Origin: an uncultured Phycisphaerales bacterium
GTDB taxonomy: Bacteria; Planctomycetota; Phycisphaerae; Tepidisphaerales; Tepidisphaeraceae
Length of the DNA stretch: 64,000 nucleotides
Assembly: GCA_963758525.1 (NCBI GenBank)
Contig: CAVWVQ010000003.1
Location: forward strand, 352,001-416,000
Direction: 5' to 3'
Below are positions 1-9,523 of this stretch, piece by piece; position 1 is the first letter of the stretch; each line of letters opens with the position of its first letter. Under the pieces are notes generated by a model that worked only from the letters and a program-made list of their open reading frames with translations, was not told the origin of the DNA and made no database searches. The translations under genes were made by a program, and so were the position numbers.

Positions 1-1248
1 ATTGAACCTGATCGTCCTCGAGCGGCAACGTCACACGAATGCGCGGATGCACCGCAAGAATCTCCGCGGCTTGTGCTGAAAGGCTGATGCTCTCCTCGGT
101 GCCCGCGCGCCGGGCGTGATTTTCTCCAGCGACACGGAGGTGTCCCCGAGCAAATCCAACTGGTCGAAATGGGTTGCCGCCTCGAACCAATATTGCAATT
201 GCGACGGGCGATTCCAATTGTCCAGCAGATCCGGCGCCGGGAGCGGCCAATATTTCAGAGGCACGCCGTCGGCAAATGCGGCGCCCTTCAGCCAAGGCGC
301 CAACAGAGAATCAACATCCCGCCAGTCCACCTGCGGAGGCTGTCCACGCTCGGCCCACTTCACCGTCGGTTGCAACCGCGGAACATACAGAGCGGTGCGA
401 TGTTTCTGCGCCAGCGCGATCAACTGATCGAGTGTGCGAACGGTGTCGCGATAGCGCGCCTCGCTCCGGTTGATCAGTCGCGGCGTCACCGTCTCAAACC
501 GGTCGGCATAATGCTGCACGAGACGATCCCACGAAATTTCGCCGATCATCTGCAAATGCCGCTCGGGGGGAAGATCGAACGGGTAAACCGTTAAATGCAG
601 CGGCACGGTCGCCACCGGCTGGTCCTCGCCCGCGCGCATCAGATCGATCCTGCCGAGATATTCTCCCGCGCGCGTTTGCGGCGGGACGTGAAGATCGATC
701 CAGACCAGGACCGGCGCTGAGCCCGCGCCGCCTACCCGCCCGTGGGGATCGGTGGGATGATTGGGATCGCGGAGCGTTCGAAGATTCAGCGAACCTTCCG
801 TATCAAACTGTTCAGGGATCAGTGCCCGCGGAAGATTCCGCCCGGCCGTGCTCAGTCCCGTGTGACGAACGAATCCGGCGCGATCCAGATCGACCGGCAT
901 CGGCAAAATCTGCGCGGGCTCAAAATTGGAAAGGCCGATGTTCGCATTGGCGTTGTCCAGTTCCAACTCATGCGCGCGAATCCAATATCCTTCCGCCTGC
1001 GGAAGATCGCGCACTTGCACCGTGAAGCTCGTCCACTCATTTCCTGCCGCGACCAGCGCAACCCCCTTGTCCAGCGCAACCGGACGCGCGGGATCGTTCA
1101 GACTGACCGCCTCCATCGTTGCAGACGTCACATCCAGTGCGCTGTGCTGTTCAACCGGAGGCACACACGATATTTGCGCCAGCAAAATGGCGATGCTCCA
1201 GAATGCTTGCGTGCAGGAAAGGCGGTTCCATGGGCGCCAAGTCTTCAT
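1..1248 (-). CDS. Secreted hypothetical protein, DUF4091/GH123-like N-terminal region; runs off the left edge with an apparent frameshift near 100
   Basis: Likely ATG at 1248 (MKTWRPW, then a hydrophobic signal-like segment). Motifs 'LVAAGNEWTSFTVQV' and 'VWIDLHVP..AGEYLGRIDL..VPLHLTVYPFDLP' resemble DUF4091-associated proteins. The ORF-track extension to 1779 looks non-coding. Confidence 0.55.
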
Positions 1249-1462
1249 ATCGCCTGCGGCGTGCGCACTGGGTGTGCATCGGCTGGAAATCTGCTGCTTC
1301 TTTCGCCGTCTCTTGGGGGTGGTCCGGATCAGGCTGGCGAACCGCGCGGGGATGGTTGAAAAATAATCCGACACAAATAAACCAGCCTGGCTGCGAGAAA
1401 ACGGGGGAAAACGCCTGCGGTTGAGCGACGGAGCGGGCTGCGGCGCGGCTGGCGGAAGCCGG

Positions 1463-1477
1463 TGGCACGATCTTTGT
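1463..1477 (+). promoter_or_regulatory. Putative sigma-54 promoter (-24/-12)
   Basis: TGGCACG-ATCT-TTGT matches TGGCACG-N4-TTGC with one mismatch. Confidence 0.4.
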
Positions 1478-1685
1478 TTTACCATTCTAACGTACGGACG
1501 CGGAACATGAAAGAACAGGGGCAACTGTGAGTCCCGCGTCTGAAAGAGAGTGAAGAACGGGTTGTGGAATTTGGTGCTCCTACTAAGGCGCACGAAACAG
1601 GAGTCGGGAGTATTAAGAAAAAATAAATAACGAAGCGTCAATGATGACTGATGCTTCTGAAACGATCCTCGTTTCCTCCTCCGCC

Positions 1686-1727
1686 AGGCCGCACGGACTC
1701 TAACCCTCCACCGTGCGGCCTTTTTTT
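1686..1727 (+). terminator. Rho-independent terminator
   Basis: AGGCCGCACGG / CCGTGCGGCCT 11-bp stem followed by T7 on the + strand only. Confidence 0.75.
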
Positions 1728-1811
1728 GCGCACATTTTTGAGCGTGTTCCCAGCGCCGGCGGCGGGTAACCCAGAACATTCATCGCGGACCAGACGAACA
1801 ACGATCTAAGA

Positions 1812-1952
1812 CAACCACAGAGGGGGAAGAGCCCACAGAGATCACAGAGAGAATTGGAGTGCAAGAAGCCGAAATCGGGTGCAATTCCGCAACTGAGTTT
1901 TGAGACATGAGCTCTCTCTCCGTGACCTCTGAGCTCTGTGCCCTCTGTGGTT
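1812..1952. repeat. CACAGAG...CTCTGTG palindromic intergenic repeat
   Basis: CAACCACAGAGGG..CACAGAGATCACAGAGAGA is mirrored by TCTCTCTCCGTGACCTCTGAGCTCTGTGCCCTCTGTGGTTG. Confidence 0.6.
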
Positions 1953-2096
1953 GCCTTTCGTTGCAGATAATGCCGATAATAGAGAAACAACCAGTTGCGT
2001 CCCGCGAAGCCTCCGCCACATGTTTTGCTCCCCCCGCTTCGCCTCTGCCTTCGCGCCTTCGCGCCTTCGCGTCTTCGCGGCTCTTTCTTTCAGTCT

Positions 2097-3185
2097 TCAG
2101 GCGGAAGATGATTTGCGCATCATTACGGATCGCATCAGAGATTTGAGCGCGCAGCCGTAACTCATCGGCTTCCAGGAATTGCATCGCCATCTCGATACGC
2201 CAGATGGGAAGCCCCTCGCGCACGCCATCAAGATCGCGCAGCTTCACCCAGTCCTTCTCCGTCGTGACCAGCGCCCTGCGCCGCTGGACAGTGCAGCCGA
2301 TCGCAGCTGATTTACGTCAGCGGCGCTGTACCGATGGTGATCTGAAAACCACCGGCTCGCGCGATAGGTTGCGCCCCACTGGCGAAGCTGATGATCCAGG
2401 CGCGACGGAGAGCCGATGCCCGCGAACGCGAAAAACGGCGTCGTTTGGAGCTGTTCCATCGGCTGACGGTCGGCCGCTCCGCTTCCCTTCAGTGCCACAT
2501 GAGCATGCACGGCACGATAGAGCGGGACTGCCGCATGGTATTTTCTCACGCGCTGTTCGAGGACGGCCAGTTGCTCCGGGGAAATCTGGTCGCAGTGCGT
2601 CAAGACAATTGCCCCGGCCCTTGCGAGTCCGTCGAGGGGCTCCCGTAACAGCCCGCGAGGCAGCACGTGTCCAAATCCGAACGGCTCGGGCGCGCTGATC
2701 AGCACGAGGTCCAGGTCGCGGCGCGCCCGGCGATGCTGGAACGCATCGTCGAGAATAAACAGATCGATGCCGGAATCGCGCCAAGCGTCGCCGCCGCCGC
2801 GGCGACGCGATCGGGATTGGCAATCAGCTCCACTTTCGACAGATCCCCTGTATTGAGCGCCGCGTCGAGCATGCACTGCTCATCCCCCATGGCGGCTCCT
2901 TCGGATTTATATCCGCGCAAGAATCGCGACCCGCCGGCCGTCCGATCGCAGACGATCGGCAACCCATTGCACCATCGGCGTCTTTCCGGTGCCGCCGGCG
3001 GTGATATTGCCAACGCTGATCGCCGGCCGGCCCAGATCGCAGCTCCGCATCACGCCAGCATCAAAGAGCCGATTGCGGATGCGCATTGCCGTCGCGTAGA
3101 AAGGTTCCGCCAGGGCAGCGCCAAGTCGCAGCGCAGTTGCGCCTGGGCCGCGATCCGCTCCGCTCATGACGGCCTGGTAATTCAT
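2097..3185 (-). CDS. lpxK: Tetraacyldisaccharide 4'-kinase (split by about 3-4 indels)
   Basis: ISVGNITAGGTGKTP (P-loop), RGY...GDE, ILDDAFQHRR, LPRGLLREP, FSDHHRY and TTEKDWVKL are spread across consecutive frames. The 3' end is approximate. Confidence 0.9.
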
Positions 3186-3220
3186 AGAGAGCCAACCGAA
3201 TGACACCCAACAGCGCGAAC

Positions 3221-3321
3221 CAGGGCGGGATGAATCCCGGCCTACGGAACTTGGTAATTCATGGACGCTCGACGCAATGACACTGTCACGGCAAGCCGCG
3301 GCGGGATGAATCCCGCCCTAC
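3221..3321. repeat. GTAG-family REP hairpins (GTAGGGCGGGATTCATCCCGCC type)
   Basis: Two GGCGGGATGAATCCCG(C/G)CCTAC copies. The same family occurs at 8282-8349, 16524-16544, 33311-33396, 37792-37859 and 40487-40544. Confidence 0.8.
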
Positions 3322-3398
3322 GCGGTGATCAATCGACCCAATACGACCGCAACGTACCCCACAGCTCGGCGGCCCATTTCAGAACCTCGAGCGAACTG

Positions 3399-3516
3399 CC
3401 CCCTCTCCCGGTACGCCGGGAGAGGGCCGGGGTGAGGGTGATTTCGAACGTCTGGCGCGGCTGATCTCGAAATCACCCTCACCCCAATTCTCTCCCGGGA
3501 GTATCGGAAGAGGAGG
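3399..3516. repeat. CCCTCTCCC..GGGAGAGGG palindromic repeat (REPIN-like)
   Basis: Near-identical architecture at 13407-13526, with related copies at 21599-21727, 38472-38860 and 47051-47093. Confidence 0.8.
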
Positions 3517-3530
3517 TAAATGAACGAGCC

Positions 3531-4475
3531 CTAACCGGCGCACAGCTGGGCGTCGTCCTCGGCAGTAAAGGTCATCGGCCCTGATGGCAGATTGGCAATG
3601 CTGAAACCGGGCAGTAGATCGACCGCCCTTGTTTCGGTTCCCATATTCTCCATTCCGCACCATCGGGCGAGCAACCCCACGACTCTCTCCGGCGGGACGC
3701 CCGCCTCGCGATAGTACGCCAATCGCGAGTCTCCGTGCCGCTTCGCCAGTCGGCGGCCGTCGGAACCGACGATCAATGGCAGATGGGTGTACCGGGGAAT
3801 GCGTTCGTGCCACCCAAGAGCATCATAGATCAATTGCTGCCGAGCCGTGGAATCCAGCAGGTCGTCCCCGCGGACCACGTCGGTCACTCCCATCTGGGCG
3901 TCGTCGACGACGACCGCCAATTGATACGCCGGCGTGCCATCGCCCTTCTCCACAACAAAGTCACCCAGTTCGCTCGCGGCATCATATTCGCAAACCCCGC
4001 GCAACGCGTCCTGGAATCGAACGCGCGCCGGCGGCACACGGAACCGCAGCGCCGCCGGCCGACCGGTTTCCCGCAGCGCCTGCTCGCGCGACGTAAATCG
4101 GCCGCGGCAGGAACCCGGATAGATCGGGCCGGCCTCTCCGTGCGGCGCGCTGGCCGACTCTTCCACCTCGCGACGGCTGCAAACGCACGGATAGACGTTC
4201 TGATTGCGGACGAGTATTTGCATTGCGTCGGCGTAGCGGTCCCGCCGGCGCGATTGATGGATCGGCCCCTCGTCCCAGTCGATCCCGAGCCAGCGCAGAT
4301 CGTCAATCAATCCGCGATCGGCCGACGCCTTTACGCGCGGGCCGTCCAGATCTTCAATCCGCAGAATGATTCGCCATTTTTGCTGCCGCGCCAGCAACCA
4401 GTTCACCAGGAGTGTTCTTGCATTCCCTAAATGCAGCGCCCCCGTCGGAGATGGAGCAAGTCGTGTCACGCTCAT
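3531..4475 (-). CDS. gluQ: Glutamyl-Q tRNA(Asp) synthetase
   Basis: RLAPSPTGALHLGN (HIGH-like), RIEDLD, CVCSR zinc site, YQLAVVVDD, VRGDDL and RLAKR; 314 aa, without an anticodon-binding domain. Confidence 0.9.
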   Translation of the reverse strand: MSVTRLAPSPTGALHLGNARTLLVNWLLARQQKWRIILRIEDLDGPRVKASADRGLIDDLRWLGIDWDEGPIHQSRRRDRYADAMQILVRNQNVYPCVCSRREVEESASAPHGEAGPIYPGSCRGRFTSREQALRETGRPAALRFRVPPARVRFQDALRGVCEYDAASELGDFVVEKGDGTPAYQLAVVVDDAQMGVTDVVRGDDLLDSTARQQLIYDALGWHERIPRYTHLPLIVGSDGRRLAKRHGDSRLAYYREAGVPPERVVGLLARWCGMENMGTETRAVDLLPGFSIANLPSGPMTFTAEDDAQLCAG

Positions 4476-4634
4476 AAATGAGGTTCAGGGGAATGAGGGA
4501 ACATTCATCAAAAGTTGCAAAGAACGCCGCGATCCGCTAGAAGGCTTCGCTCGATCAGTCGGCGGCGTGCGTCTCCGGCTTGAGATCGAATCATTGAAGT
4601 TGGTAAATTTGATGGGCGGGAGAATTTAGGGAAC

Positions 4635-5018
4635 ATGCCGCGACCTTCGAGCCTCACTATAGCAAATCTCAAACAAATGCTGAACGTCCGCCGTAGCGAA
4701 CTTGCGAAGCTTCAGAAACAACGCGCCGGACTGGTCCGCGAGCTGGCTTCGGTCGATCGATCGATCTCCCGCATCGGCGGAGTCGGCGGCACCAAAGGCG
4801 GTCGCGCCCGCAATGAACAGAGCCTCACCGAGACGCTCCAGTCCGTTCTGAAGGACGCTGGCAAGCCGATGGGCGTAGGCGAGATCCTCGCTGCGGTCGA
4901 GGCGGCTGGGTATCGCAGCAGCAGCGCCAATTTCCGCGGTATCATCAACCAGACGCTCATCAAGGAACGCAAGTACTTTACCTCCGCCGGACGCGGTATT
5001 TACCAACTCAAGAAGTAA
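4635..5018 (+). CDS. Small basic protein: N-terminal coiled coil plus C-terminal winged-helix (HARE-HTH-like) DNA-binding domain
   Basis: Heptad-patterned N-terminus, Gly linker, then SLTETLQSVLKDAGKPMGVGEI..GYRSSSANFRGIINQTL..FTSAGRGIYQL. Confidence 0.75.
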   Translation: MPRPSSLTIANLKQMLNVRRSELAKLQKQRAGLVRELASVDRSISRIGGVGGTKGGRARNEQSLTETLQSVLKDAGKPMGVGEILAAVEAAGYRSSSANFRGIINQTLIKERKYFTSAGRGIYQLKK

Positions 5019-5109
5019 TCCCATTTTGCGGTGAGCGTAAGCCCGGGGCCGTAGGCCCCGGCTTGAGAATCCAAGGCCGGCGACCCCGGCTGCAGGAGCG
5101 CTGCGCGAG

Positions 5110-5926
5110 TCACCCTTCATCGGCGGCAACCGCTGGCGCATCGCCGCGCGTGGCGAGGATCCCGCGTTTGCTCGCGGCGATGAACGCGAGAATCTCGCCC
5201 ACTTCCGCGGTCTGCTCCACCTCGCGTTGTATCGCGGCCACCGCGGCGTTGGTGGAGCGATTGGAGTGCAGCAACTGATAGGCCGAGCGGATGGATGCGA
5301 TCGCCGCCCGCGATAATCCCGCGCCTGCATCCGACGGCGTTGTACCCCTTGAGCCGGCGCTCCCAGACCGCGCCGAACGGCGGGACATCCTTCGCTATCG
5401 GTTCGTTCCCACCAATGACGGCCAGTCTTCCGATGCGCGTGAATTGGTGCAGCGCGCATCCGCCGCCCAGAAACGCTTTGGCGCCGATGTGGGTATGCCC
5501 GCCCAGCAGTGCTCCGTTTGCGAGAATGGCGTCGTCATCAATGACGCAATCGTGGGCGACGTGCGCGCCTCCCATTGCAAAGACGCGATTCCCAAGTCGA
5601 GTCGCGTGCTCCAACCCCGCATGCGTTGCCCGGTGAATCGACGCCCCTTCGCGAATCGTGACGCTGTTGCCGATCACAAGATACGTTGGATCGTTCTCAT
5701 CGGCGATGAACCGCAGATGCTGCGGCTCAAGTCCCACAAACGCCGCCGGCCCGATCTTGCACCCCTCACCGATGATCGTTGCCCCATGCACGTGGGAGTG
5801 CTCATGCACGATGGTGTTCGCACCGATGGCGACCTTCCCCTTGATGATGCAATACGCGCCCACCTCGACGCCGTCCGCCAGCTCCGCGCACCCATCAACA
5901 ATCGCCGTTGGATGAATGTTCAACAC
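5110..5926 (-). CDS. lpxA: Acyl-ACP--UDP-N-acetylglucosamine O-acyltransferase (frameshift near 5320)
   Basis: IHPTAIVD start, hexapeptide repeats, IREGASIHRAT, HVAHDC, HQFTRIG, KDVPPF and GYNAVG; the C-terminal helix is in another frame. Confidence 0.92.
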
Positions 5927-6024
5927 GACCGCCTGAGCTCCTTCGCGGCACGCATGTCCCGCTCGAAGCGAACATTTGAGAGCAAGCCCGCGCCAGAGGC
6001 AAGCTGATGTGCCCGCTGGGCAGC

Positions 6025-6140
6025 AGAAATGTCCAAGGCCCAATGGCCAACAAAGCCCCAAGGTCCAAGGCCCAAGGCTGGCTCTCCCATTGGTCATTGC
6101 GATTTGGGATTTTTTTGGCCATTGGGCATTGGGCATTTCT
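6025..6140. repeat. Heptamer-built palindromic repeat (AGAAATGxCCAAxGCCCAAT ... ATTGGGCxTTGGxCATTTCT)
   Basis: Related copies at 8151-8418 (interrupted by a MITE) and 41781-41895. Confidence 0.75.
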
Positions 6141-6271
6141 TGGTCTCCCACATCTCTTTTCGGAGCGGTACCAGGGGAGGGGAAAAGAGAGTCCGCTGAA
6201 AGTTTCCCCCGCTGGGCCGCCAGCTTGCCCGCTTGAACGCCCGCGCCGCCTCGCTAACCTATGGATCGCAC

Positions 6272-6345
6272 GCCCGCGTAGCTCAGTTGGATAGAGCGTT
6301 GGTTTCCTAAACCGAAGGTCACAGGTTCGAATCCTGTCGCGGGTA
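6272..6345 (+). tRNA. tRNA-Arg (anticodon CCT)
   Basis: Acceptor GCCCGCG/CGCGGGT, D arm TAGCTCAGTTGGATAGAGC, anticodon arm TTGGT-TTCCTAA-ACCGA, T loop GGTTCGAATCC; CCA not encoded. Confidence 0.97.
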
Positions 6346-6427
6346 CTCCGCCGGTGTCGAAATGATCCAGCACTTCATTTCGTGGGCGGCTCCTTCGCCG
6401 GAATTTTTTATTCAATCGGCGATGGGG

Positions 6428-6436
6428 TGGTATAAT
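6428..6436 (+). promoter_or_regulatory. Extended -10 sigma-70 promoter for the prepilin gene
   Basis: TGGTATAAT (TGn-TATAAT) about 90 bp upstream of the ATG at 6527. Confidence 0.5.
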
Positions 6437-6526
6437 GCCGTTGCCGCACCGTCGGCCATTTCGCTTGCACTGGTACGCGCGGTGACACGTGCAGAGTGTC
6501 AAAACACTTGAAGCGCGAGGCGACGC

Positions 6527-7582
6527 ATGAGCAGCCGGACCATTTCACCAACGCAGGCGGGGACCATCCGTTTGCCAAACAGAAAGCGGCGCGCCGGGTT
6601 CACGATGGTGGAGCTGCTGGTGGTCGTTGGCATCATCGCGGTGCTGATCGCGATGCTGCTGCCCGCGCTTGGCAAAGCGCGCGAGCAGGCGAGATATGTC
6701 CGATGGCAGGGATTCAGCCGCGATCTGTCCATGGATGAAAACATGGCGGCGTACTACACGTTTCAGAACGATCTGGGCGGAACCACTCTCACCAACTCGA
6801 CGGTGGAAAATCACGATCCGACCTATTCGCCGACCGCCATGGACCTGACGATGCTGGACTACAGCAACAACCTGGCGGAGATGGCCGATCCTTCGTTGAT
6901 CAGCTATTTCTGGGCCAATGAGGGCCGCTTCCACAACAAGCCGGCTGCGACGTTCCTGAATGCCGGGCCGTATAACAATTTGTGCGTCTATCCGCTGGTT
7001 GCGGCAAATTCGGGACGGCTGGCGAAGCTGTTGCGCAAATCGCAGGCGATCACCGTCGCAATCTGGATCTACGTTCCCGACTATTTGATCAACCAGAAAG
7101 GCTCGCTGATCTGGTGGACGGACCAGTTCAATAATCGGATTTTTAACATTCATCTGCCGTGGGTAGGCATGGTTTACTGGGACACTCTGGGCTACGCCAG
7201 CGGCAACCGTGTATCGACTGCATTCATTTACTCCAATGACTCCGCATGGTCGCTATGGTGCTTCACCAAGGACAACCGCACGGGGCTGCAGAAAATCTAT
7301 CACGATGGAGAGATCGTGGCGGCAGGTCCCGGCAACCCCGACCCGGCCTATACCTGGAAATATTTCGACATCACCCAGATCAGCATGACTGGAAACACCG
7401 CCAACTTCTCGATCGGCAGTCCTGCCGGATCGGGCGGATGCGCCTGCACCACCGATGAATTTGCGGTCTTCGACGCCGACCTCTCTCCCGCCGATGTCAC
7501 GAGTAACGGCACCACCGCCACCATTATTCCCGGCGTGCCTGCGGTTCGATTCCTGCAGATGTATGAGATGGGGCAGAAATAG
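6527..7582 (+). CDS. Prepilin-type N-terminal cleavage/methylation protein with LamG-like jelly-roll domain
   Basis: RRAG^[32 protein letters not shown]-terminal [32 protein letters not shown] is typical of LamG/ConA folds. Confidence 0.85.
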   Translation: MSSRTISPTQAGTIRLPNRKRRAGFTMVELLVVVGIIAVLIAMLLPALGKAREQARYVRWQGFSRDLSMDENMAAYYTFQNDLGGTTLTNSTVENHDPTYSPTAMDLTMLDYSNNLAEMADPSLISYFWANEGRFHNKPAATFLNAGPYNNLCVYPLVAANSGRLAKLLRKSQAITVAIWIYVPDYLINQKGSLIWWTDQFNNRIFNIHLPWVGMVYWDTLGYASGNRVSTAFIYSNDSAWSLWCFTKDNRTGLQKIYHDGEIVAAGPGNPDPAYTWKYFDITQISMTGNTANFSIGSPAGSGGCACTTDEFAVFDADLSPADVTSNGTTATIIPGVPAVRFLQMYEMGQK

Positions 7583-7638
7583 TTTCAAGTGCCATCCGTA
7601 TGACAAGCCGCTGACGCGAGGCACAGTGGAGGGTATCC

Positions 7639-8109
7639 GTGGGGCTGCGTGAAGCGCTGAATCAACATGCCCGCGCGGTCACCATTTGCGGCAGCACGAC
7701 GATCGTGATCGCGGCGGCGATTGCCATCCCGCTGATTCGGTCCGGCGGACGAGCGCCAAATCCGGTTTTCCCCACCAAAATGTTTTATTCCGCGGACGAC
7801 GGCGCGACGGTATTTATCGACGATTTTGGAAAAACCGTGCCCTTCGACCACGACGGCGCGCAGGCGGTGCGCGCCTATCAGTACACTTCCGACGGCGGCA
7901 AACATACGTGGGTGCAGTATCTGGAGAAATTCGGCGAACTGGGACCGCGCCCCGCGAAACAGCCGGCGGAAACAAGCGGAGCACGTCTGGTAAAACGACC
8001 GGGAAAAGGGCAGTGGTTGCGAATGGGCGACCCGGGGGCGTTCGATATTATTCGGCCCCGAATCCCGCCGGGGTATGAGGCTGGGCGAGTCGAGCCGGTT
8101 GTGCCATGA
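7639..8109 (+). CDS. Hypothetical single-pass membrane protein
   Basis: GGAGG RBS before the GTG, N-terminal hydrophobic helix, FYSADDGAT..PFDHDGAQAVRAY motif. Confidence 0.7.
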   Translation: MGLREALNQHARAVTICGSTTIVIAAAIAIPLIRSGGRAPNPVFPTKMFYSADDGATVFIDDFGKTVPFDHDGAQAVRAYQYTSDGGKHTWVQYLEKFGELGPRPAKQPAETSGARLVKRPGKGQWLRMGDPGAFDIIRPRIPPGYEAGRVEPVVP

Positions 8110-8240
8110 GGCTCCGCGTGCCACTGCTCCCAAAGGAGACGCCGGAAGGAAGAAATGGCCAATGCCCAATGGCCAACAAAATCCTAAGCCGCATGACCAC
8201 TGCGAGAAGAGCGACGTCGGGCCTTGAGGTTGGTGCTTTG

Positions 8241-8383
8241 GGGTGTAACTTTTAGTTGTGGCGATTGCAGATTTTGCGATCGTAGGGCGGGATTCATCCC
8301 GCCGTTTTCTCAGCCGGCCAACAAATCGGCGGGATGAATCCCGCCCTACTCGGAGCCGATCGCCACTTTCGAGCGCCACACCC
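8241..8383. mobile_element. 143-bp MITE carrying a REP doublet, copy 1
   Basis: Ends GGGTGT...ACACCC; 8-bp direct repeat GTGCTTTG at 8233-8240 and 8384-8391; near-identical inverted copy at 37758-37900. Confidence 0.88.
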
Positions 8384-8409
8384 GTGCTTTGTTGGCCATC
8401 GGCTCTGCA

Positions 8410-8437
8410 TTGACATTTGCTGAAACGGGGCTATTTT
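8410..8437 (+). promoter_or_regulatory. Sigma-70 promoter of tRNA-Gly
   Basis: TTGACA-N16-TATTTT ending 10 nt before the tRNA. Confidence 0.6.
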
Positions 8438-8447
8438 TTCTGATGTT

Positions 8448-8520
8448 GCGGGCGTAGCTCAGTTGGTAGAGCGTCACGTTCCCAACGTGAATGTCGAGGG
8501 TTCGAACCCCTTCGCCCGCT
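8448..8520 (+). tRNA. tRNA-Gly (anticodon CCC)
   Basis: Acceptor GCGGGCG/CGCCCGC, anticodon arm TCACG-TTCCCAA-CGTGA, T arm GAGGGTTCGAACCCCTT. Confidence 0.97.
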
Positions 8521-8524
8521 CTTC

Positions 8525-8553
8525 AACCCCATCCGGGCCGGATGGGGTTTTTT
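8525..8553 (+). terminator. Rho-independent terminator after tRNA-Gly
   Basis: AACCCCATCCG-GGC-CGGATGGGGTT followed by a T tract. Confidence 0.85.
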
Positions 8554-8726
8554 GTTGTAGTGCGGTGGAGCGAGCGAGCGCTGCCCTCAGGGCAGCCGCT
8601 AAACGATAGCAGATGATGCCGGGAAGCGGTTGTCATTCGACGGAAAATGCTCGCGCACGAAATCCGAGCCTTCGGAGTACCTCAGACTCGGCGTCGTGAG
8701 GTGGGTTGGGGGTTCTGAAGCCGCTT

Positions 8727-9432
8727 CTAAGCCGGTTGTTTTCTTGCTGCGGATTTTTTCCCGGGAACGAGGGGCTTGCGCGGGCGGCCCTGCGGGCGGA
8801 TCGTGTATTCCAGCCCGAGACGGGCCGCGGTTTTGGCAACCCATGCGGAATCGCCGAAGGGGCGGCCGCGCCGGATTGTTTCGCGAACCTCTGCGGCAAC
8901 GGATTCTTCCAGCAGGTCGTCAACCAGGTGATTCCAGCTTTTGGGGAGCCGCACGAGGGATGGGGAGATGATCTTTCTGCCGTCGGGAGACGCTGCTCCG
9001 CCGAGGCTGGACCATCGCCACTGCTCGGCCTTGCTGACAAGTCGCTCGCGGCGCGGGTTGGATTCGATAAAGCGCCGCAGCGTGAGCAAGTGATCGTCCT
9101 GCTGCACCGGAAAATTGCGGAAGCGCGACTGGTAGACTTCGCCGTCCCCCGAGCCGGCGCGCTGGCGCTGGCGGCGGACGTGCATGGTGCTGATCCAGCG
9201 GACAAAGTCAGAAAGCTCGCCGGTTTTGGCCGGGACGAGCAACAGATGCCAGTGATCCGGCATGAGGCAATAACCCAGCAGGCGCACGCCCGGCACGCGC
9301 TGAAGCGCATCGGCCAGTGTGTTGACGAAGATGTCGTACTCGGCCGGATTGCGAAACAGCCGCTTTCGCCCCTGCGCGGTTCATGACGTGCTGCACCATC
9401 CCACCGGGGGCCACGCGGGCGATTCTTGGCAT
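8727..9432 (-). CDS. REP-associated tyrosine transposase (RAYT/TnpA-REP, Y1_Tnp HUH family); frameshift near 9370; catalytic Tyr replaced by Phe
   Basis: MPRIARVAPGGMVQHVMNR, GYCLMPDHWHLLL (HUH), G.VYQSRF, RFIESNP.R.RLV..AEQWRWSS and RGRPFGD. Confidence 0.88.
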
Positions 9433-9523
9433 GCGGCGGAGTATGCGGCGAAGGCAGCGGCACGTCAAATCCGCAGTGTCCCGTTTTTAGTTCTCCCGGT
9501 GGAGGAATGACCCCGCGGCTCTG

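Noticed and set aside
1249..1779. N-terminal extension of the first ORF to 582 aa
   Set aside because: The extension crosses an AT-rich spacer and a terminator; the signal-like sequence begins at the ATG at 1248.
7585..8379. 264-aa ORF sharing peptide sequence with ORF 37621-38058
   Set aside because: The shared peptide is simply the translation of the 143-bp MITE; not a gene family.
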